A stretch of 64,000 bases of DNA from Planctomycetota bacterium (GTDB lineage Bacteria; Planctomycetota; Phycisphaerae; Phycisphaerales; Phycisphaeraceae), in contig JBCDJW010000003.1 in NCBI GenBank assembly GCA_038747275.1, positions 4,098-68,097 of the forward strand, given 5' to 3'. Both the position numbers and the translations under genes were made by a program. Below, piece by piece: positions 29,679-39,600 of the stretch. A model generated the notes under the pieces. The model saw only the letters and a list, made by a program, of their open reading frames with translations. It had not been told where the DNA came from and searched no databases. Numbering within the stretch: position 1 is the first letter of the stretch; each line of letters begins with the position of its first letter.

Positions 29679-29810
29679 GCTGAAATGGTCTCTTTCGGGA
29701 CACCCCTGTCAGCACCAACATCGGTTTCTGTCGGGACGGACTTGCCCGAAAAAGGCTTTCCGTTTTCCGTTTTGTAATCGGTGCAGACGTTGTCGGCCGG
29801 CCGGAGCGTT

Positions 29811-31973
29811 TCACTGCGCGACGGCCGTGTCGTAGCGGACTCCGTCGGGCACGGGTACGGGGTGGGCCACCGTGACGCCACTGCTGCCGGCGGTCACACG
29901 GGTCGCGTCGACCGCGACGAACGCGGTGTAGTCGCTGATCAGCGTGTGACGCAGCGCCGTGTCGCGGATCGCGTCGGCGAGTTCCTGCCGCTGGACTTGA
30001 TCGGCGAAGGTCATGCGGTCGGACAGATCGGCGATGCGCTGGCGGGCCCAGACCTGGGCGAGGGCCGGGTGCGTCGCGTCTTGGGTGGGCGGGGCGATGT
30101 TGGCCACTCGCTTCTCGCCGCCGGCGAACCCGCCGATGCGGACGCGGTCGAGGGTGCCGGTGTACTTGCCGGTGACCACGACCGGCCGACCGACGAACAG
30201 GTCCGGTAGGACGGCGGGGTAGACGTCGCTGACCCGGGCGTCGCCGAAGTTGACCGCCACGTCGGTGAGGGCCGGCCGGCTGACGCGGTCGAAGTAGGTG
30301 TCCATCACCGCCGCGGCGTCGTCGTTGAGCCCGAGGTAGGCCGCGGCGCCCCGGCCCTGCTTCGCCATGCGGTTCATCAGGTAGCGGTTGGGCGACGAGC
30401 CGACGCCGAAGGAGAAGATGCGGGCCTGGCCGACGCGTTTCGATACTTCGCCGATGATCTGTCGGTCGTTGCCGATGAAGCCGTCGGTGAGGAACGTGAC
30501 GACACGGAAGCGTTCGGGGTCGTGGGGGAAGTCGAGCGCCGCCTTGATCCCCTCGATCATCATCGTCCCGCCGCCGCCGCGGAGGCCGCGGACGAAGCGC
30601 TCAGCGTCGCGGCGGTTCCGGTCGTTGGCGGCGATGGGCTGGGGGCCGAGTTGGGATGCGTCGGACGAGAAGCGGATGATCTGAAACGTGTCGTCCGGGC
30701 CCAGCCGATCGAGCGCGGCAACGATCGCCGCCTTGGCCTGGGCCAACGGCTCCCCGCTCATCGAGCCGGAGCAATCGAGGACGAACACCATCTCCATCGG
30801 CTGCCGCGGGAGCGAGTCGAGCTCGGCCGGGGGGATCAGCATCATGGTGAAGTACCGCTCGCCGGTCGCCTCATCGACGTGGGTGATGATGTTGGTGCGG
30901 ATATTTTCGCCGGCCACACGGTACGAGAGCACGAAGTCGCGGTTGGGGATGAGGTTGTTTTTATGGTTGGAGCGGTCGTCCAGCGCGTAGGTGATTGAGC
31001 CGTCGTCGTTTCGGGTGGTGGTAACGTCGTGGTGGTGGCAACGGAAGCCCTCGACGGGTAGGCCAGGGGCGAGGGTCAGCGCGAGGTTGATGTCGTGGGC
31101 GGTGCGTTGGTCGGGGCGGAGGTAGCTGACTTCGGTCGCCTGCCCCGAGCGGCCGCTCTGGCCGTGACCAACGGCACCTATTCCTTGGCCGGTATCGGCC
31201 GTGGCGGGCGGGTTGAACCGGGGTCCGACGACCATGGGGAACACGAAGCTGTACACGCCGTCGGCATAGGCGAGGGTCTGGAAGTAGCTGAGTTTGACGT
31301 CGATGCGTTGGCCGGGCTCGAGGTTGGCGATCTTCTGCGTGAAAATATTGGGGCGCTCTTGGGTGAGCAGCGAGGCGTTGTGGCCCTGCCGTTTGGCCTG
31401 CTCGTAGAGGCGTTTGGCTTCTTCTTTTTCGCGGAGGATGCCGCGGATCTTGCGTTCGCCGATGACCATGACGAACTCGCTCACCGCCGCGTTCTGCGGG
31501 AGCGGGAATACGTAGACCGCTTCGATCTTGGTGTCGTAGGGGTTGCGGAACTGTTGGGTGACGTCGACCGTGGCGAGGTAGGCGTCGACCCGGGCCTGCA
31601 CGTCGGTGTGCTCGAGCGGCACGGGGATTTTTTCGGCTTCGCCGCCTCCGTCCGGTGGGGGCATCAGGGCGAGCATGGCGCCGCTGCCGGGGGTGTCATC
31701 TTCCCTAGGGTTGGCTTGGGCGGTGCGTTGATTGCCGGGCGTTGCGATAATCCAGACTTCTTCGTCGGGGGCGACGGCGGTGAAGACCGGCGAGGCTTTT
31801 CCTCCCAGCTGAGCGTCTGCCGCAAGCGGGGCGATGGAGTGGTTGAAATACGAATACGAGTTTGCGCTTCGGACGGACTGCCAAGCGGTGTTGGGTGCCC
31901 CGGTCCGGGAGGTGGCGGTGCATCCTGCGATGGCGAGGATCAGGATCGATAGATGGATAAGGTGTTTCTTCAA
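29811..31973 (-). CDS. VIT (vault inter-alpha-trypsin) + von Willebrand A domain lipoprotein
   Basis: Lipobox IAGC; VIT (VTQQFRNP, EAVYVFPLP); intact MIDAS DCSGS...T...TDG. TTG start overlaps the upstream stop. Confidence 0.93.
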   Translation of the reverse strand: MKKHLIHLSILILAIAGCTATSRTGAPNTAWQSVRSANSYSYFNHSIAPLAADAQLGGKASPVFTAVAPDEEVWIIATPGNQRTAQANPREDDTPGSGAMLALMPPPDGGGEAEKIPVPLEHTDVQARVDAYLATVDVTQQFRNPYDTKIEAVYVFPLPQNAAVSEFVMVIGERKIRGILREKEEAKRLYEQAKRQGHNASLLTQERPNIFTQKIANLEPGQRIDVKLSYFQTLAYADGVYSFVFPMVVGPRFNPPATADTGQGIGAVGHGQSGRSGQATEVSYLRPDQRTAHDINLALTLAPGLPVEGFRCHHHDVTTTRNDDGSITYALDDRSNHKNNLIPNRDFVLSYRVAGENIRTNIITHVDEATGERYFTMMLIPPAELDSLPRQPMEMVFVLDCSGSMSGEPLAQAKAAIVAALDRLGPDDTFQIIRFSSDASQLGPQPIAANDRNRRDAERFVRGLRGGGGTMMIEGIKAALDFPHDPERFRVVTFLTDGFIGNDRQIIGEVSKRVGQARIFSFGVGSSPNRYLMNRMAKQGRGAAAYLGLNDDAAAVMDTYFDRVSRPALTDVAVNFGDARVSDVYPAVLPDLFVGRPVVVTGKYTGTLDRVRIGGFAGGEKRVANIAPPTQDATHPALAQVWARQRIADLSDRMTFADQVQRQELADAIRDTALRHTLISDYTAFVAVDATRVTAGSSGVTVAHPVPVPDGVRYDTAVAQ

Positions 31974-32461
31974 GGCTGCGCTCCACGGAAAAGGTCAACG
32001 GGGATCGGCTGGCCGGCGGGGTTGCCCGCGGCGATCAGGTCGAGTTGATAAACGACGTCGGCACCCGGCTCGGTGTCGGGCGGGAGTTGCACCTGCACCA
32101 TCACGGTGGCGACGCGGGTCGGCTGCGCGGGCAGTTCTTCGCCGGGCCGTAGGGAGTAGGCGGCGACGACGATGCGGTCGGCCCGGCCGAGGTTGACCGC
32201 GTCGACGTCGTAAAGCGGGGCTTCGGCAAACGCGGGGTGTTCGCCGTTTTCCAGGCCCACGATGGTGAGCTCGGCGTTGGGCGACGACAGCTCGAACTGA
32301 TACGCGGCCAGCGGTTGGCCCTGCGGATCGATCACGATGGGCACGGCTTCGAAATAGGTTGAGGCCTTAGGCTGCGCCTCGCCCGCGGCCCGCAGTGGTG
32401 TCGACACCAACGCGAGGACGAGGCCAATCACTATACAGAAAACGGCGAAGAAGCTCTTCAT
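31970..32461 (-). CDS. Secreted single-domain cohesin-like protein
   Basis: Signal peptide, then VPIVID...LAAYQFEL...LTIVGLENG...RIVVAA...VATVMVQV, matching the cohesin beta-sandwich pattern as judged by eye. Confidence 0.6.
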   Translation of the reverse strand: MKSFFAVFCIVIGLVLALVSTPLRAAGEAQPKASTYFEAVPIVIDPQGQPLAAYQFELSSPNAELTIVGLENGEHPAFAEAPLYDVDAVNLGRADRIVVAAYSLRPGEELPAQPTRVATVMVQVQLPPDTEPGADVVYQLDLIAAGNPAGQPIPVDLFRGAQP

Positions 32462-32973
32462 ACCTCATCCTCCACGCGCGGAGTGAGTCGGACGATGGTT
32501 TGGCCGAGCGTTTCAACATCCAGCACATCGACCTGGTGGTCGCGGTTGATATCAAGACCTGCTGTGGGGTCCGTGGTTGCCTCGGAAGGCGGCGTGTTAT
32601 GAACGTGTTGGGCTAGCTGGAAGACGTCGAGGATGTCGATTCGTCCATCGCCATTCAGGTCGTGTGGGCGTGCGGGCTGCGGGGTCACGAGTGCGGTCGG
32701 CTTTTCTGGTTGCGTCGGGTTGCCGGGGTTCAGCCACACCACGAGGCCCACCGCGGCGGCGGCTGCGAGGCCGGCACCGATTAAGCGGCGACGGAATTTC
32801 CACGCCGAACGGTTCGGCGTCAAGGTTACCGGTGCCGCGGGGTTGTAGTGTTCGTCCACGACGTGACGGATACGTTCATCAAGCCGAGACGCCTCAGCCG
32901 GCAGTTGAGCATCGCGGCGTCTGAGCTCGGCAATCAGGTCGTCGGGGAATTGGGGGTCGTCGGGGTGGGTCAT
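32458..32973 (-). CDS. Putative anti-sigma factor: cytoplasmic N-terminus, one TM helix, C-terminal dockerin
   Basis: TM LIGAGLAAAAAVGLVVWL; duplicated Ca-binding loops DLNGDGRIDILD and DINRDHQVDVLD; directly downstream of an ECF sigma. Confidence 0.8.
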   Translation of the reverse strand: MTHPDDPQFPDDLIAELRRRDAQLPAEASRLDERIRHVVDEHYNPAAPVTLTPNRSAWKFRRRLIGAGLAAAAAVGLVVWLNPGNPTQPEKPTALVTPQPARPHDLNGDGRIDILDVFQLAQHVHNTPPSEATTDPTAGLDINRDHQVDVLDVETLGQTIVRLTPRVEDEV

Positions 32974-33039
32974 AGGGGCCTCGGTGCGTTGCCGCGGTGA
33001 GGGGTTCGGGGGTTATAGGGCGCGGGCCGGCCGGACCGT

Positions 33040-33621
33040 TCAATCGGTTTCAAAATATTTTTTTGTGGCCGGTTCGCGGCGGAGCTGGGCCACGGCGTGG
33101 TGCACGCGGGACTTCGCCGTGCCTTCGGGGATGCTGAGGGTTTGGGCGATTTCGGGGATGGTCAATCCGTCGACAAAACGCAGGAGGACGGCTTCGCGGT
33201 GTTCTTCGCTGAGCCGGCCGAGCAACGCGTCGAGGCCATCGGGGTTGGGTTCGGCCTCGGGCGCGGCCGGCTCGGGCAGGGCGTCGTCCGGGGTGAGGCG
33301 GAGGCGGGTTTTCTTTTTGACCGCCGCGAGGGCGGCGTGCTTGGCTACGGGAAAAAGCAGCGTGGTGAGCTTCGCGGTCAGCGTGAGCCGGTTCTCCGGC
33401 GGCGGGGGGAACTTGCCCAGCAGATATACGAAGGTTTCCTGCGCCGCGTCGAGGGCCAGGGCCTCGTCGCCCCGGGTGTACCGCCGGGCGAGGCGCAGCA
33501 CGTAGTCGCGGTGTCGGCGATACAGCGCCTCGAACGCCGCAGGGCTCCGGCGGTCGCCGCGGTTGGCAGCTTCGATGAGTTCTTCGTCGCTGAGGGATTC
33601 GAATGACCGGGGCGTCTGCAC
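33040..33621 (-). CDS. ECF-type RNA polymerase sigma factor
   Basis: AFEALYRRH, DAAQETF (region 2), LSEEHREAVLLRFVDGLTIPEIA...EGTAKSRVHHA (region 4). Start GTG 33621 lies 2 nt after the upstream stop; the ORF track starts at 33657. Confidence 0.95.
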   Translation of the reverse strand: MQTPRSFESLSDEELIEAANRGDRRSPAAFEALYRRHRDYVLRLARRYTRGDEALALDAAQETFVYLLGKFPPPPENRLTLTAKLTTLLFPVAKHAALAAVKKKTRLRLTPDDALPEPAAPEAEPNPDGLDALLGRLSEEHREAVLLRFVDGLTIPEIAQTLSIPEGTAKSRVHHAVAQLRREPATKKYFETD

Positions 33622-33623
33622 CC

Positions 33624-34667
33624 TTAAGGTTGTAACGCGTCGTCGACGGCGGACCAAACATCGTTGCTCGACAGCTCAGCGATCAGAGTGTTGTCTTCGC
33701 GGTGCGCGCGGTAGTTGAAGGTTTGCCCGTCGGCGGAGGGTGAACGCAAGACGCGGTGTTTCGACGCAAACTCGGCCCCGACGATTTCGGCGGGCGGCGG
33801 GCCGACCAAGGCGGGGTCGGTCGGGCCGAAGAGGCTGACGGTCGGCGTGTCGAGTCCCACGGCCAGGTGCAGCGGGGCCGAGTCGTTGCACAGCAGCAGC
33901 CGGGCGTCGCGGATCAGGGCCATGAGTTGGCCGACGCTCGTCGTGGGGACAACGACGCGTTTGTGCAGAGACGCGTCGAGTTCTTTGAATCCCGCTTCGA
34001 CGGCCGGCTTTTCGTGCGGCGCCGCTAGGACGACGACGTGATCGATGTCGCTGCGTTCGAGTAAGCGCCGAGTGAGCTCGACGTAGCGCGGTAGCGGCCA
34101 ACACTTACAGCCCCACTGCGCGGTCGGCGCGACGCAGGCGTAGCGGCCAGGCGTGAGTTGATTTTCGGAGGCGAAGGCTTCAGCCCAGGCCGTATCTTCG
34201 GTAGGAACATACAGTGATAAATTATTCGCGACACCAATACCCTCGGCCGAGAGCAGTGCGGTCATGCGCGGTACGGCGTGGAGTGTGGGGTCGATCCGGT
34301 GGCGGTGGTTGTAGCCCAGCCAGCCGAACTCTCGGGCGTTGGCGTAGCCGACGCGGGTCGCGGCCCGCGTGCCCCAGCTATAGAATCCGGATCGCAGCAG
34401 GCCCTGTAGATCGAAGACCAGATCGTATTTTGCTGAGCGTAGTCGGCCGAGCAGCGGCCAGACGGTGGATTTCTTCTTGCGGTCGAACGGCACGACGCCG
34501 GTCAACGCCGGGTGGGCCCGCACCGCGTCGACGAACGCCGACCCCACTAGCCAGTCGATCTGCGCTTCGGGGTAGGCGTTCCGCAGCGAGGTCAGGCAGG
34601 GCACGGTACGGGCCACGTCGCCGAGGGCCGAGGGGCGGACGATCAGGATTTTGGCCGGGCTATCGAT
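33624..34667 (-). CDS. Glycosyltransferase family 9 (ADP-heptose:LPS heptosyltransferase-like); start codon uncertain
   Basis: KILIVRPSALGDV, YDLVFDLQG, NDSAPLHLA, LFGPTDP. The conserved N-terminal motif lies upstream of the first canonical start (GTG 34616). Confidence 0.88.
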   Translation of the reverse strand: MDSPAKILIVRPSALGDVARTVPCLTSLRNAYPEAQIDWLVGSAFVDAVRAHPALTGVVPFDRKKKSTVWPLLGRLRSAKYDLVFDLQGLLRSGFYSWGTRAATRVGYANAREFGWLGYNHRHRIDPTLHAVPRMTALLSAEGIGVANNLSLYVPTEDTAWAEAFASENQLTPGRYACVAPTAQWGCKCWPLPRYVELTRRLLERSDIDHVVVLAAPHEKPAVEAGFKELDASLHKRVVVPTTSVGQLMALIRDARLLLCNDSAPLHLAVGLDTPTVSLFGPTDPALVGPPPAEIVGAEFASKHRVLRSPSADGQTFNYRAHREDNTLIAELSSNDVWSAVDDALQP

Positions 34668-34806
34668 AACTTTGGGCCTCGGGTAAAGGCGTAAACAGGC
34701 TGAATTGGTTATGTTAAGAATCTTGCGAATCCCATGTAGCCGATGAAATCGGGTCCGCGAACGTTTCCTCGATTACCAATCCGAACCCATCGATCTCTAC
34801 TCTCCC

Positions 34807-35562
34807 ATGCCCACCGCCATCATCTCCGACATCCACGGCAACGTCGACGCCCTGAAGGTCGTGCTCGCCGACATCGACGAACGCGGGATCGACCGCATCG
34901 TCTGCCTCGGCGACATTATCGGCTACGGCCCGAACCCGACCGACTGTCTCGACCTGGTCATGGAGCGGTGTGAGTTCGCGATGATGGGCAACCACGACTT
35001 CGCCGTGCTGTACGAGCCGACGAGCTTTAACACCTCGGCCGAGCAGGCGTCGTTCTGGACCCGTCGGCAGTTCGAGGACGAGCCGGATGCCGATAAACGC
35101 CGCAAGCGGTTCGAATATCTCGGTAATCTGCTGATTCGGCGGTGGTACGACGGGGCGTTGTGGGTCCACGCCTCGCCGCGTCGGCCGATCAACGAATACA
35201 TCTTCCCCGACGACGTGATTGCGGCACCCAACAAGATGGCCGCCATCTTCGACCGCATCGAGACTCGTGCCTTCTGCGGCCACACCCACGTCACCGGCGT
35301 GTTCACCGACGAGCCCGACTTCTACCCACCCGGCGACCTCGGCGAGGCCTACACCTTCCGCGACGACGAGAAGTGCATCGTCAACCCCGGCAGCGTCGGC
35401 CAACCCCGCGACCGCGACCCCCGCGCCAGCTACGCCGTCCTCCACGACGACCGCGTCGAGTTCGTCCGCCTCGAATACGATATCCAGGCGGTGATCGCGA
35501 AGATCGAACCGATCGAAGAACTGTCTGATTTCCTGGGCCAGCGGCTGCTCGAAGGGCGCTAG
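34807..35562 (+). CDS. Calcineurin-like metallophosphoesterase
   Basis: SDIHGN, LGDIIGYG, GNHD, GHTH, NPGSVGQPRD. Confidence 0.94.
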   Translation: MPTAIISDIHGNVDALKVVLADIDERGIDRIVCLGDIIGYGPNPTDCLDLVMERCEFAMMGNHDFAVLYEPTSFNTSAEQASFWTRRQFEDEPDADKRRKRFEYLGNLLIRRWYDGALWVHASPRRPINEYIFPDDVIAAPNKMAAIFDRIETRAFCGHTHVTGVFTDEPDFYPPGDLGEAYTFRDDEKCIVNPGSVGQPRDRDPRASYAVLHDDRVEFVRLEYDIQAVIAKIEPIEELSDFLGQRLLEGR

Positions 35563-35593
35563 AGAAACTAACTCTTATTCAGCAGCTAACCGT

Positions 35594-35962
35594 TTAGAAC
35601 CGCGCGTCTTGTTTCTTGAATGATTCGAGGGCTTCGTCGATGTCGTCGAAGAGGCCGAAGATATCGTCGAGTTTGGTGACCTTGAAGAGGAAGGCGACGT
35701 TGTCGTCGCAGTTGGCCAGGGCGATCTTGCCGCGCATCGGTTCGACCTCGCGGAGCAGCTCGACGAGCGAGCCGATGCAGGCCGAGGCGAGGAACTCGAC
35801 CTGTTCGAGGTCGAAGACGAAGTTGGTCGCCGACTCGTAGCGCATGCGGTCGCAGCACTCGGCGACGACCTCGCTGATCTCTTGGTGCGAGGCATCGGGG
35901 CCGACGACCGTGACGGTGACGTTGGGGCCGGTTTGTTCGATGTCGGATTCGTAGCTTGCCAT
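35594..35962 (-). CDS. STAS-domain anti-sigma-factor antagonist
   Basis: VFDLEQVEFLASACIGSL...VAFLFKVTKLDDIF. Confidence 0.9.
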   Translation of the reverse strand: MASYESDIEQTGPNVTVTVVGPDASHQEISEVVAECCDRMRYESATNFVFDLEQVEFLASACIGSLVELLREVEPMRGKIALANCDDNVAFLFKVTKLDDIFGLFDDIDEALESFKKQDARF

Positions 35963-36060
35963 GTCGTGCCTCGCAGTTAGTGGTTGCGGATCAGGATGTT
36001 TAGACCGCGTAACAGCTAACGATTTATCGGAGACACAGGCGAGCTACTTTGTTGGTCTAC

Positions 36061-36079
36061 GCGAGAGTAAAACTCTCGC
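36061..36079. repeat. Perfect inverted repeat GCGAGAGT-AAA-ACTCTCGC between the two STAS genes
   Basis: Read directly from the sequence. It could be an operator or an RNA hairpin. Confidence 0.6.
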
Positions 36080-36158
36080 CGGGTTACCCGACCGTTACAG
36101 ACCGCAATGCCGACTTCCGATCTGTAATCAATACTTGGGACGTCGCGTCTGGCGAGGT

Positions 36159-36494
36159 TTACGCCCCTTCGGGTTCGCCTTCGGCGAGTTCGAAGACTCT
36201 GTCCAGCCGGGCGAGCCTTAGCAGGAAGGCGACGTTTTCCTGGCAGTTGAGCAGGACGATCCGGCCTTCAAAATTCTTAACCTCTTGGTAGAACATCAGC
36301 AGCAAGGCCAGGCAGGCCGAGGGCAAAAACTCGACCGCTTCGAGCCGGAAGACGAAGAGGCGAGCCCCGTCTTCGAGCGTCGGCTTGAGCTCGTGGATCA
36401 GGTCGCGGAGGTGGTCGGTATCGACCTCGCGTTCGGTGAACTCGACGTTCACGCGTTCGTCTTGGCGGCTGATATTGGCGATCGGGTTGTCCAT
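36159..36494 (-). CDS. STAS-domain anti-sigma-factor antagonist (paralogue)
   Basis: VFRLEAVEFLPSACLALL...VAFLLRLARLDRVF. Confidence 0.9.
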   Translation of the reverse strand: MDNPIANISRQDERVNVEFTEREVDTDHLRDLIHELKPTLEDGARLFVFRLEAVEFLPSACLALLLMFYQEVKNFEGRIVLLNCQENVAFLLRLARLDRVFELAEGEPEGA

Positions 36495-36662
36495 CGGGAT
36501 CCGTAATTTCTTGGTTGCGGTCTGAGCGGCGAGTCAACTAATTTGGCCTAGAAATGCATTTAGGTAAACGTTTATATCGTCGAAGTACGTTCCTCACCCG
36601 AATTGTGTTTTATAGGTCTTTGGTTACTTGCAGAGCATGTCGACGGCGGGTCAGGCGTCAAC

Positions 36663-39600
36663 TCAGTGCGGTGCCCGCGGCGGCCGCTTTCGTTTCGGTG
36701 CCGGCACCGGTTCCCGATCTTCGGGTTCTTGAATCGGCTCGGCCATCTGCCGGGGCGTGATTTTCTGCACGGTGATGTCGCCGAAACGCACCGCGGGGAC
36801 CTCGATGCCGTAGTGTTTTTTGAGGCCGATCGCGAAGCCGCCGCCGGGCTGACCGCCCGGCAAGGGCTCGCTCTCTCGCGCCAAGATGCCGTTGACCCGC
36901 AGGCTCAGGGACCCCTTACGGTTTTCGATCACGACCCGGTAGGTCGGCCCTTGCAGGTTGGCTTTCTCCAGCAGGTCCAAGCTGTAGCCCGAGCCCCACC
37001 GATAGCCCCAGGTCATTTCGGGGCGTGACATGCTGCGTATAACGCTCTGATTGTTCGCCAAACCGAGATACGGCAACTCAGAGAAGAAGGGAAGAACGAG
37101 GTCGGGGCCCGTATTGAAAGCGACTCCGATGCTGCTGCTGGCCACCGCGGTGTGCCGCCAGCCGCCGGGGTCGGTCATGGTGTACGAGATGCGGTACTGA
37201 TCGCCGAGTTCAAGCGGGCAGTAGACCCAGTGATCGTGAACGACACCGCCTGGCACTTCGAAAGTCAGCTTACCATCCTGCTCGATGCGGTTGAGCCTGC
37301 CGGTAAGGTTTTGCCAGATGTCGTTAGCCGGTGTCGTCAGGTCGATGATATCCCCCGCGTCGTAGCTGGCCTGCAACGCTGCGGGCACCGGCCCGGGACG
37401 GAGGCCATAGCTCCCGGTGTCCCCGATCGCTTCCGGGCCGCCGGCCTCTTCGAGGATCTCTGCGGCCAGACCGGTTTTGCCGAGCCAGCGGGCCAAGGAA
37501 ACCGCCTGTCCGTATCGCTGGTGCGTCGGGTCGTCGTGCCGCGGGTAGGTTTTTAAGCGTCGGGCGTAAGCGAGTACGTCGTTGAGTACGGAGTCGCCGT
37601 GTTCGCGGAGCCACGTGTGCGAAGAAGCGATGACGTGCTCGCGTCTCTCCGCGTCCGACCACTTTGATGCGGGGACAAAACGCCAGTCGGCGATTGCCGG
37701 CTGAAGTGCGCCTAGCCGCTGAGCGGTCGGCATCTGGCTGAGCGTGAATTGCGCGTCCCAGATCTGGCGATAAGTTTTGCCCCAAGCTTCGAGATCATCG
37801 GGGTCCGGAAGCGGCATTCCCGCCAAGACCCCGCCAGCCTCGTGCAGGTCTTTGAGCGTATCGAATCGTTGGTGAATCAGACGCGCGTCTTGCGGCGTAG
37901 CGGCGAGCGACACCAGGAACCAGTCACGGGAGGCCTGTGCGAAGCGGTGGGCGTCGTCCGCTCGGCCCAGCCCCGTGACGGCCCGGGCGGTATCCATCGC
38001 GGCTTCGGCGATCGCTCCGGCCAGGTAGGCCCGCATCGCCGGCTCGCTCGCCAACGGCCAAGCCGTCAAGGCCTCGACTTCTGCCCGGGACAACAAATCT
38101 AACGCCCGCTCCAAGGCCAAGCCGTTTCGGTCGGCCGGGGCGGTGTCGTACCACGCATCGATCAGCGTGCGGGCCGCCATCGCGTCGTAAACCAGGCGGA
38201 GCGACCGGGCACACCACTCGGCCGGCCCCCCAGCCTGGATCGCGGGCACGCTGACCCGGCGCCAATGGTTCGCGTGGCGCTCGTGGTGTTCGAGATCGCG
38301 CGGCGAGACCAGGCGGGCTAGCGGGGCGGCGTTGTGGGGGTTATTCAAAAGCCAGTCGGCCCGGTCGGTTAATGCTCGCCCGGCGGCTTCGCGCTCGGCC
38401 CACATCGCGTTGTTTTCGCCACGCTTGACCCACGCCCAGGGGCGGTAGTCGGGGTCGTGCAGCCACGCACGCTTCCGCAGCAGGAGGCCGGTGAGTTCGG
38501 TGTGGCCGGCGTCGCGGAGCTGTAGATAGGTAGGTTCGTTATAGGGGACGCTGCGGTTGATGGGGTTGTTTTCCAGGTTGGCTCGGCAGATGGCGCGGAC
38601 CAGAAGATCGTCGCGGCCGCCGATATCGAGGATCCGTTGGGCTTCGGGTTTCTCTTCGTCTCGGTGGAGGTAGCCGTCGGGGCGTGTCCGGCCGGGTTCG
38701 GAGGCGACCGCCATCCGTATGGCTTCACGCTCGATGATCTGGCGTCCCGCGTCGGCCCATTCAGCCTCGGCGTGGGCGGTCTGGGCCAGCGAATCCTTCC
38801 AGCCTTCGGCAAAAAGCGCATGCACCTCATCGCGGGCGATCGGCGGGTCGGCGACGGGCGTCGGGTCGGTGGGCAGCGGGCCGTCGGGCGATGGAACCGC
38901 TGTCCATCGGGGCTCTTGGCCCGGGGAATCGATAACTGGATCGAGCGGGTTCAGGGTATGTAAAACCGATTCGGTGTCTTCTTCGGCCCGCTTGGAAACA
39001 GCGGAGGGGTCGAGCTTGCGAACCTTGAGTCGGTGGTAGTGCACCGGGTCGTGGACGCCGTATTTGCCGCGGCTGTTCCAGTAGATGGCCAGGGCGAGCG
39101 GGCCGCCGGGCCTCCGTTCGGTGAACGTCCAGTCGCGCTGCGCGGGCACGCCGTTCTGGTAGATGTCGGCCGTCTCCCCGAATCGGCGGACGACGATCCG
39201 GGCCGATTCACGGCCGCCGGCTTGTTGGTGTTTAACTGCTTCCAGGCCGATCCATTCGCTCTTTCCCTCGTCGTTGCGGTTGCGTAACTCGAGCAGGCCG
39301 TTGCTTTCGTAGTACACGCCGGATTGCGCCCGGGTCGATCCGCTCTCGCTGACGCCGAACTGCAGGCCGGTCACGGCGAAGAGCGTCGGGCCGCCCCAGA
39401 TGGCGGGTGGGGTGAGGTCGAGAGCAACTTCGTAATGCTCGCCCAGCCTCAGCGTAGAGAGCATGCGGGAGCCTTCTTTCGGGATGCGGTGGGCTTTGAT
39501 GCCGCCGCCCGGCAGTTCTTCGAATTTGCCCCGTGATATACGCCAACCCGACAGGCCGTTAGCCAAGAGATCGACCGACTCGCCGCGGTCGTAAGCGGCC

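Noticed and set aside
33010-33045. TGAAC...CTATAA at the sigma stop codon as an internal ECF-dependent promoter for the anti-sigma genes
   Set aside because: The spacing (19 nt between GAAC and CTATAA) is longer than typical ECF promoters and there is no second copy to support a motif. Worth rechecking with TSS data.
35583-36020. Short shared words (CAGCTAAC, TTTAGA(A)CCGCG) flanking the second STAS gene
   Set aside because: They are only 8-12 bp and in permuted order, too weak to call a duplication scar.
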